A DNA stretch of 64,000 nt, taken from positions 19,307 through 83,306 of the forward strand of contig CAKSUT010000010.1 in the NCBI GenBank assembly GCA_934502885.1, read 5' to 3'. The stretch comes from an uncultured Eubacteriales bacterium. GTDB taxonomy: Bacteria; Bacillota; Clostridia; Oscillospirales; CAG-382. Each line of letters begins with the position of its first letter. Positions within the stretch are counted from its first letter, which is position 1. Made by a program: the position numbers and the translations under genes. The notes below the pieces were generated by a model. The model was not told where the DNA came from. It saw only the letters and a program-made list of their open reading frames with translations, and did no database searches. Shown here in pieces: positions 54,603 through 64,000 of the stretch.

Positions 54603-55816
54603 TTACGATGGGTCTCCGACGCCTTCTTTTCTTGAAAGAAAAGAAGCAAAAGAACTTTTGCCGATTTCAAGGCTATCGCCTTGAAATGAAAAGTCTTTTG
54701 TATTGTTTGGAGAAATACCGCACGACATCGTCAACGACTCCGTCGTGAAATGGGCAAGACTCATCTTATCCGAGGTCGGAGCGTTCAACCTCGACGAGGT
54801 CTCGGTCGAAGGTGAGGTTGGCATCAGATTTTGTGGGGAATGTATCCGAACTTCTCCCGTTCGCAAAATTTATTGCGTGCTCAGCACACTTCGCACACGA
54901 TAAAATTTTACGAAGATATGGCTTTTGGGTGGTGTGCGTGATTGAAATGCGTACTTGCTCACGGATGTATTAGAGTGAGTCGGCGAAGCCGCTCACGAGG
55001 CTCCCCTGTGTAAGGGGAGCTGGCGGTGAAACCGCCTGAGGGGCTGTCGGATAAGCACTCTCTCAATGGTGTAGCATAGCAACTGCGAAGCTGACTGAGG
55101 GACTGTCGGATAAGCATTCTCTCCATGGCATTTTGTAGGGACACACAGGATGCGAAGCATCTGCGTAGATTGCTCCGTCCGCAAGAACCAAACGCACGGT
55201 TATGTATACCGCACCGTAGAAATGCGGCAAACGATTATTGCAAATGCGTATTATCCGATGTCGGCGGTTATCGGAGATTTCGGAACGAGCAAGCCCGTTC
55301 CCTACAAAATGTCAAAGAGGTTTGCAATAAAATCGTATTATCGCAAACATCAAAAAACTCGGATAAAAACTATAATCAACAGCCCCTCAGTCAGCTTCGC
55401 TGACAGCTCCCCTTGCACAGGGGAGCCTCGGCGACGAGGTCGCCTCCAATAATACCATGGAGATAGTACGAATTCTGAAAATCTCACCCCCAACACCCTC
55501 GGCGAAAATCCGGCATTCCGTTATCGCACACCCTCAAACTCCGCACCATTCAAATATTGAAGAAAAGCGAAGCTTTTCAACGTCAATTATGCATTATGCA
55601 TTATGAATTATGAATTCTGCCTTTCTTTCCCTTTGCCGCACACCCTCAAAGTCCGCACCATACAATTATTGAAGAAAAGCGCAGCTTTTCTACCTTTTCT
55701 CTTCACTCTTCACTCTTCACTCTTCTCTCTTAACTTGAAAAGCTCCGCTTTTCAACACCAATTTTCCATTCTCCACTTTCAATTCTCAATTCTTGAAAAG
55801 CGAAGCTTTGCTTTGC
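54603..55816 (+). repeat. Hairpin-chain repeat array R8 (forward, about 1.2 kb) between araD and the AraM-like gene
   Basis: GGTCTCCGACG, M1 variant CTTCTTTTCTTGAAAGAAAAGAAG (54623-54646), M2 variant ATTTCAAGGCTATCGCCTTGAAAT (54664-54687), then M3 through the heptamer tracts (55584-55617, 55698-55730). The terminal GAAAAGCGAAGCTTTG overlaps the araD 3' end. Confidence 0.85.
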
Positions 55817-56493
55817 CCATAGTACGCATTCTTGCCGTGCTTACGCAGCCAGTGACGGTCAAGAAGCTCGGGCTGAAAATCGGCGCGCGGATTAAGGGTT
55901 AGAGTGTGAAGTGCCATCATCGCAACCTCTTCGAGGACTATCGCATTCTCGACCGACTTCTTCGCGTTCGCTCCCCAGCAGAACGGACCGTGCGAGTGAA
56001 CGAGAGCCGCCGGGACTTCAAGCACCGTTTTTTCGTCGAAAAGCTCCGCTATCACCTTGCCCGTTTCCGCTTCGTAGTCGCCTTTTATCTCCGCCGCCGT
56101 CATTTTTCGCGTACACGGAACTTCACCGTAAAATGCGTCCGCGTGGGTTGTGCCGAGGGGCGGAATGCCTCTGCCTGCCTGCGCAAAGACCGTTGCGAAC
56201 CGCGAATGCGTATGCGTTATGCCGCCGATTTCGGGGAAAGCGCGGTAAAGGTACACGTGCGTTGGCGCGTCCGACGAGGGGTTAAGCTCTCCCTCGACGA
56301 CCTTTCCGTTTTCGTCGATTATCACGATATCCGACGGACGCAGTGCGTCGTAATCGACTCCGGAGGGCTTTATTGCGATGAGTCCGGTTTCGCGGTCGCG
56401 CTCGGACACATTGCCCCATGTAAGGGTTATAAGTCCGTTTGTTTTAAGCGAAATATTCGCTTCGTACACTCTTTCTTTGAGTTCAGATAACAT
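55786..56493 (-). CDS. araD: L-ribulose-5-phosphate 4-epimerase (class II aldolase fold)
   Basis: 235-aa ORF with ITLTWGNVS, IKPSGVDY, PSSDAPTHVYLY, GGITHTHS, GTTHADAFYG and HGKNAYYGQ, collinear with AraD. Confidence 0.88.
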   Translation of the reverse strand: MLSELKERVYEANISLKTNGLITLTWGNVSERDRETGLIAIKPSGVDYDALRPSDIVIIDENGKVVEGELNPSSDAPTHVYLYRAFPEIGGITHTHSRFATVFAQAGRGIPPLGTTHADAFYGEVPCTRKMTAAEIKGDYEAETGKVIAELFDEKTVLEVPAALVHSHGPFCWGANAKKSVENAIVLEEVAMMALHTLTLNPRADFQPELLDRHWLRKHGKNAYYGQSKASLFKN

Positions 56494-56694
56494 TTTTTCT
56501 TTTCCGCCTCACTTTTTTTGCTTCGGCTGTTGACATTTCGTCCGCCGTCTGATATAATTATACCGTATTCTCATATTATTGCAATACTCGGCGCAAAAGG
56601 CGGTAAATGCGCAATGTTTTTCGTAAAACGCGCAAATTTTACCGTGAAATGAGCAGGACTGCGTTATGCGGCAAAGAAAGGGGAGCGGTATGTT

Positions 56695-57438
56695 TTGGAA
56701 AAGAAACGGCTGACCGACAGGCAGAATGAGATACTCGATCTTATCAACGACCACAGTTTTCTCACGGTGGCGAAGATAGCGGAGCTGACGTACACCTCGG
56801 AGTCGAGTGTGCGCAGGGATCTTGCGCGGCTCGAGAGTCTTTACTGCATACGGCGCACCCACGGCGGAGCGTGTGCGCTTGACGATGTGAACCGTCCGGC
56901 GAAGCTTGACGACCGCATGAACAAGAACACGCTTGCGAAGCGAGTGATAGCAAAAAAAGCCGCCGCTATGTTAAGCGACGGGCAGAGCATAATGCTTGAC
57001 AGTTCGACGACTGCCGGTTTTCTGATTCCGCACATAGCGAAGCTTCGCGACGTGACGGTATTCACGAACAACATGATAACAGCCGTGAACGCGGTGAATT
57101 TTTCGATAGACACGCACTGTCTCGGCGGTCATGCGATAGGCGGCAACGCCGTGCTTTCGGGCGAGGACACATATGCGGCGATAAGCCGTTTGCGGCCCGA
57201 CATACTGTTTTTCTCGTCGCAGAGCATAGACCGCGACGGTCTCATAACCGACCCGACGCCCGAGGAGAACTATGCGCGGCGGCTCATGCTCGAGAGTGCG
57301 CGCAAGCGTGTGTTCTTATGCGACAGCGGCAAATTCGGTTCGCGCTCGCTCTACGTGCTGACCTCGGCGGAAGACCTCGATGCGTGCGTCTTCGACACAC
57401 CTTGGGACGACTTCCGCGGCAAGTGCGAGGTGAAATGA
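56695..57438 (+). CDS. DeoR-family transcriptional regulator (TTG start), divergent from araD
   Basis: 247-aa ORF with the HTH LTVAKIAELTYTSESSVRRDLARLE and a DeoR C-terminal domain. GGGGAG RBS. Confidence 0.85.
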   Translation: MEKKRLTDRQNEILDLINDHSFLTVAKIAELTYTSESSVRRDLARLESLYCIRRTHGGACALDDVNRPAKLDDRMNKNTLAKRVIAKKAAAMLSDGQSIMLDSSTTAGFLIPHIAKLRDVTVFTNNMITAVNAVNFSIDTHCLGGHAIGGNAVLSGEDTYAAISRLRPDILFFSSQSIDRDGLITDPTPEENYARRLMLESARKRVFLCDSGKFGSRSLYVLTSAEDLDACVFDTPWDDFRGKCEVK

Positions 57439-58376
57439 CAGGCGAGGGCTTACGAAGGTACGGGGGGACGGGAGTGTCCTTTTCTTGAAAGAAAAGGACC
57501 AAAAGACGCAGGGTTATGTACTTTTCTTGAAAGAAAAGTACCAAAAGAACTTTATCGATTTCAAAGCTATCGCTTTGAAATGGAAAAGTCCTCGATATAT
57601 TAGAGAAAGTACCGCATTCGGTCGCCATAAATTCAAGCGACCGAATGAGATGAGGCAGGACTCATCTTATCCGAGGTCGGAGCGTTTAAGCTCGGCAACG
57701 CCTCGCTCAAAGGGAACATTGGCATCAGGCTTTGTGGGGACTGTAATCCGGGGCAACACCGTTTGCGGAATTTAAAGCGACGAAAAAGCCGCCACGTTTA
57801 AATTCCGCAAAGATGAGGTTTTTGGGCGGTGCGAAGCTTGAGATTGGCACTTCCTCTTGGGTGTTTCATGGAGGAGGCGAAGCCGCCAGAGAAATTGCGA
57901 AGCAATTTACTCTCGAGTTGGCTCTGCCAACTCCGGAGGCATCCCCTTGTGTAACCGGTTGCAAAGCAACCTCTGGAGCTGGCGGTGAAACCGCCTGAGG
58001 GGCTGTCGGATAAGCACTTTCTCAATGATGTAGCAGAAAAATTAAACAATCCCTCAGTCAGCTTCGCTGACAGCTCCCTTTACACAAGGGAGCCTCGGCG
58101 ACGGAGTCGCCTCCAATAATACCATGGAGGTAATACAAATTTCGCACAACCACAAACACCAATACCCTCGGCAAAAATCCGGCATTCCGTCAACGGCACA
58201 ACCTCTGACTCGCACCATACAAATTATTGAAGAAAAACGGCGCAAGGCGTTTTTCTACCACTTCTCTTCACTCTTCACTCTTCACTCTTCTCTCTTAACT
58301 TGAAAAGCTCCGCTTTTCAACCCCAATTCTCCATTTTCCATTCTCAATTCTCAATTTTTGAAAAGCGCAGCTTTCG
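57436..58376 (+). repeat. Hairpin-chain repeat array R9 (forward; used here as the reference copy)
   Basis: Fills the whole DeoR-HAD spacer, from the stop codon to about 35 nt before the HAD start. Module list is given in the findings. Confidence 0.9.
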
Positions 58377-58412
58377 TAAAGGTCGAACATCACTTTTACA
58401 TCGGAGGTAATT

Positions 58413-59210
58413 ATGAATCTCAAAGAAAAGAAGCTGTTCTTACTCGACATGGACGGCACGATATATCTTGACAACGAGCTTTTCGACGGCACTGTGGATT
58501 TTCTTTCCAAGGTGCGCGGACGCGGCGGAAAGTACGTATTTATGACAAACAACTCGTCGAAGAGTGTGGACAAATACATCGGGAAGCTTGCGTCTCTCGG
58601 CATAGCGTCGGACGCCTTGGACTTTCTGACGTCGGTTGACGCGACGATTGCGTTTTTGAAGCCAAAGAATTACAGGAAGATTTACGCTCTCGGCACGGAG
58701 TCGTTCCGCGAACAGCTTTTGTCTGCCGGGCTTCCGGCGGTTGATTGTTTCGAGGGACGCGGAGAGGACATCGACTGTTTATGCATGGGCTTTGACACGG
58801 AGCTTTCCTTCCGCAAGCTTGAGGACGCCTGCATACTGCTCATGGGGCGGCCGGAGGTTGACTACATAGCGACGAACCCGGATCTTGTTTGTCCGACGTG
58901 GTACGGTTACGTCCCCGACTGCGGTTCGGTGAGCATAATGCTTGAGAACGCGACGAAACGCAAGCCGCGGTTTATCGGCAAGCCCGAGCCGGAAATGGCG
59001 TTATCGGCTATGGCGAAGTTCGGCTTCACGCCGGAGGAAACGGTTGTTGTGGGCGACCGCCTCTACACCGACATTGCCTGCGGAGTGAACGCCGGTATCG
59101 GCACGGCGTTTGTCCTGAGCGGCGAGGGTACGCTTGCCGACATCGAAAAGTACGGCGTTACTCCCGACCGCGTCTACAAAAACATACGCGAAATGGCGGA
59201 TGAGCTGTGA
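58413..59210 (+). CDS. HAD-IIA family sugar-phosphate phosphatase (NagD-like)
   Basis: 265-aa ORF with the LLDMDGTIY motif I, TNNSS motif II and GDRLYTDI motif IV. Confidence 0.85.
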   Translation: MNLKEKKLFLLDMDGTIYLDNELFDGTVDFLSKVRGRGGKYVFMTNNSSKSVDKYIGKLASLGIASDALDFLTSVDATIAFLKPKNYRKIYALGTESFREQLLSAGLPAVDCFEGRGEDIDCLCMGFDTELSFRKLEDACILLMGRPEVDYIATNPDLVCPTWYGYVPDCGSVSIMLENATKRKPRFIGKPEPEMALSAMAKFGFTPEETVVVGDRLYTDIACGVNAGIGTAFVLSGEGTLADIEKYGVTPDRVYKNIREMADEL

Positions 59211-59218
59211 AAACTACA

Positions 59219-61610
<2,392 letters not shown>

Positions 61611-61880
61611 TTATATTATACGTCCGCCCGTTTGTCAAGACCTTCGGATTTTTATTTACACAATGACTCAAAATGCTTTAACAACGCACCCGATTTGTAA
61701 ACCGCCGTTTACTGTTCGCGACGAAATTCACGTGAGAACCACCGTAATTAACAATCGCCTATGAGGTTAGTTTTTTGCAACAAGAAGTTAGTTTTCACCA
61801 TTGAATAAGAGGGCGGTATGTGGTATAATACAAATGAGAAATTGTAGGCTTTGACCGCACACAAGGAGATAGATAATACC

Positions 61881-62849
61881 ATGTCAAAAAAATTTGAAAA
61901 GAACGCCCGTGTTTGCTTCGTCGGCGACAGCATAACGGCAAACGGCGGATACATTGCCAAGGTTTTCGACTACTACCGCACAAATCTTCCCGAGCTTGGC
62001 GTTAAAATGTACAACTGCGGCGTCGGCGGAGACTCGGCAAGGGGAGCGTTTAACCGCCTCGACGAGGACGTATTTGAAAAGTTCAACCCCACCGAAATTG
62101 TTCTCATGTTCGGTATGAACGACTGCGGCTATCCGCACTTTGCCGACACGGACGTCGAGAAGCGCGACAGAGACACCCTTGAAAAGCGCAAGGTTCATCT
62201 TGACTCAATGTACAAGCTCTGCGAAGCATTCAAGGCGCACGGACTTCCCGTCACCCTCTGCTCACCCACACCCTACGACGAGTCGTCGCCGCTTCTGAAC
62301 GAGACGAACTACATCGGAGTCCGTGACGAGCTTACGACCTACTTCAAGCTTTACGCCGAGGCGCTTTCCGACTTTACGTTCAAGAACAAGGTCGATTACA
62401 TAACGCCCCTCACGGCGCTTGAGAAAGAGCTTGCCGAGAAGAGACTGCCGTCCTTCATAAACCCCGACCGTATTCATCCGAATGCGATGGGTCACGACGG
62501 CATGGCGGCGATTTTCCTCAAGAGTCAGGGCTTTGATGTCACGCTTCCCACCGTCGAGAGTCTTGCCGCAGGCAAAGAGGTGCTTCCTCCGCTCTCCGCA
62601 ATTAACGCCGAGCGCAAAAAAAACGAGGAAGCACTCAGGGGATGGCTTGCGTTTATTGATTTTCTGTTCTCGCAAAATCTCAAAGGCAAGTCCGACGAAG
62701 AGCATATCGTTTACTGGACGCAGAAGCTTGCCGAAACTCCCGAGAGTGACCCTCAGCACGCGCGCATAGCAAACTACCTCGAAATCAAACCCAACGAAAA
62801 GGCGTACCTCAAAAAGCTTGTCGAGCTTACCGACGAAATGGTGAAGTAA
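61881..62849 (+). CDS. SGNH/GDSL-family hydrolase
   Basis: The ORF-track frame is 61851..62849. The likely start is MSKKFEKNARVCFVGDSIT at 61881, after AAGGAG. It has GDS block I, a GxND block (FGMNDCG) and DRIHPN block V. Confidence 0.8.
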   Translation: MSKKFEKNARVCFVGDSITANGGYIAKVFDYYRTNLPELGVKMYNCGVGGDSARGAFNRLDEDVFEKFNPTEIVLMFGMNDCGYPHFADTDVEKRDRDTLEKRKVHLDSMYKLCEAFKAHGLPVTLCSPTPYDESSPLLNETNYIGVRDELTTYFKLYAEALSDFTFKNKVDYITPLTALEKELAEKRLPSFINPDRIHPNAMGHDGMAAIFLKSQGFDVTLPTVESLAAGKEVLPPLSAINAERKKNEEALRGWLAFIDFLFSQNLKGKSDEEHIVYWTQKLAETPESDPQHARIANYLEIKPNEKAYLKKLVELTDEMVK

Positions 62850-62850
62850 T

Positions 62851-63669
62851 CGACGCAGGGAGCTTACGGGGGCTGACGCCGCAGAACGACTGACAATTGA
62901 CGATTGACGATTGACGATTACGGAGCTGCTCGCCGCAGGGGCGTCTGCGACACGTTACTTTCTTAAAAGAAAGTAACCAAAGAACTTTATCGATTTCAAA
63001 GCTATCGCTTTGAAATGAAAAGTCCTTTACGCAGTTTGGAGAAAGCACCGTTCAACCTCGGCAACGCCTCGGTCGAAGGGGAGCAAGGACTCATCTAACC
63101 GAATACAGTACGGCGACCCGACGCCATATATGCAAGCGTCGGGTCGTGATTTTTTTGGCTTCAGGCTCTGTTGGGACTGTATCCGGACTTCTCCCATTCG
63201 CAAAATTTATTGCGTGCTTCGCACACGATAAAATTTTGCGAAGATGAGGTTTTTGGGTGGTGCGTTGTTTGAAGTTAGCACTTTCTTATGGGTGTTGTCC
63301 GGAGGTAGCGGAGCTACCGAGGCGCCCCTGTGTAAGGGGAGCTGGCGGCTTTGCCGCCTGAGGGGCTGTCAATATGTGATTATGTATACCTCCCCGCAGA
63401 ACCGCAACAATCGGTAAGCACCATACAATCAATGCAGAAAACCGCCTTTCGGCGGTTTTCGACCCTAACGTCGCGACACGAAGTGTCATGCGACATTTCA
63501 CATCGAGCGAAGCGAGATATTTCACGCATTCCGTTAGGAATGCATTTCACGTGTTCCGCAAGGAATACCTTTCACTTGAAAAGCAAAGCTTTGCCACAAG
63601 CTTTGCTTTTCTTCCTCTTCTCTTCACTTTTCCCTCTTCTCTCTTCACTTGAAAAGCTCCGCTTTTCAC
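62851..63669 (+). repeat. Hairpin-chain repeat array R11 (forward), in the convergent SGNH / SpoIIE spacer
   Basis: Leader with GACGATT heptamers (62893-62921), M1 variant GTTACTTTCTTAAAAGAAAGTAAC (62954-62977), M2 (62993-63016) and M5 CGACCCGACGC..GCGTCGGGTCG. The terminal TGAAAAGCTCCGCTTTTCA overlaps the SpoIIE stop. Confidence 0.85.
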
Positions 63670-64000
63670 CTCACCCTCACCGCCACGACCGACATATCGT
63701 CGTCGTGAATGCCGAGAGAGCGCGCCTTGGCGAGGATAGCTGACGCGAGCTTTGAGATATCCTCGTTCACGTTGAAGCCGAGAATCTCGGCAAGCCACGG
63801 CGTATTGTCAAAGTTTTCGGTAATACCGTCCGAGAGCAAGAGAATAACGTCGCCCGAGTGGAGAGAAAAGGACGTGTTCTCGGCGGAAAACGCGCCGATT
63901 ATACCTGCCGGCGGCGTTTCGGAGGATATCTTGTAGAGCTTCGCCGACCTGACGACGTATGCCGGCGCGGCGCCTGCCTTGATGAACGACGCCTTTGAAT
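63666..64000 (-). CDS. SpoIIE-like PP2C-type phosphatase, C-terminal part (5' end outside the window)
   Basis: Not in the ORF track because it is edge-truncated. My translation is SKASFIKAGAAPAYVVRSAKLYKISSETPPAGIIGAFSAENTSFSLHSGDVILLLSDGITENF..LGIHDDDMSVVAVRVR*. The pattern matches the SpoIIE/PP2C C-terminus (FIK.G, SDGI, DDM[ST]VV). Confidence 0.7.
   Translation of the reverse strand, partial: SKASFIKAGAAPAYVVRSAKLYKISSETPPAGIIGAFSAENTSFSLHSGDVILLLSDGITENFDNTPWLAEILGFNVNEDISKLASAILAKARSLGIHDDDMSVVAVRVR

Overview
This looks like a Firmicutes/Clostridia-type chromosomal window, and most of it is core genes. On the minus strand lie rpoB-rpoC, a CIRCE-controlled hrcA-grpE-dnaK-dnaJ operon, a ROK glucokinase, and the complete S10-spc-alpha ribosomal cluster (rpsJ through rplQ, including secY, adk, map, infA, rpmJ and rpoA). 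The right half (32-64 kb) holds four paralogous secreted SLH-domain / right-handed beta-helix surface proteins and ychF. It also holds an MFS transporter, two DeoR regulators, araD with an AraM-like glycerol-1-phosphate dehydrogenase, a HAD-IIA phosphatase, pyrG, an SGNH hydrolase and the 3' end of a SpoIIE-like phosphatase. I saw no rRNA, tRNA, CRISPR array, transposase or recognisable defence gene. The unusual content is non-coding. At least 11 intergenic regions (about 8.5 kb, roughly 13% of the window, judged by eye) are filled by one modular family of hairpin-chain repeats, each 0.1-1.7 kb long. The modules keep a conserved order and occur in both orientations. Their stems change between copies while staying complementary. 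Two copies are bounded by 48-nt terminal inverted repeats, and one array contains a 426-bp tandem amplification. The array ends repeatedly abut or overlap the stop codons of neighbouring genes. I do not recognise the family as any named element, and it has no coding partner in this window. Secondary observations are a perfect 406-bp gene-conversion tract between two SLH paralogs, a relic paralog 3' end, an apparent CTG start for infA, an unassigned ORF-free 0.5-kb region upstream of the S10 operon, and non-canonical synteny around rpoBC. All coordinates and identities were read by eye from the sequence, and no database search was possible.
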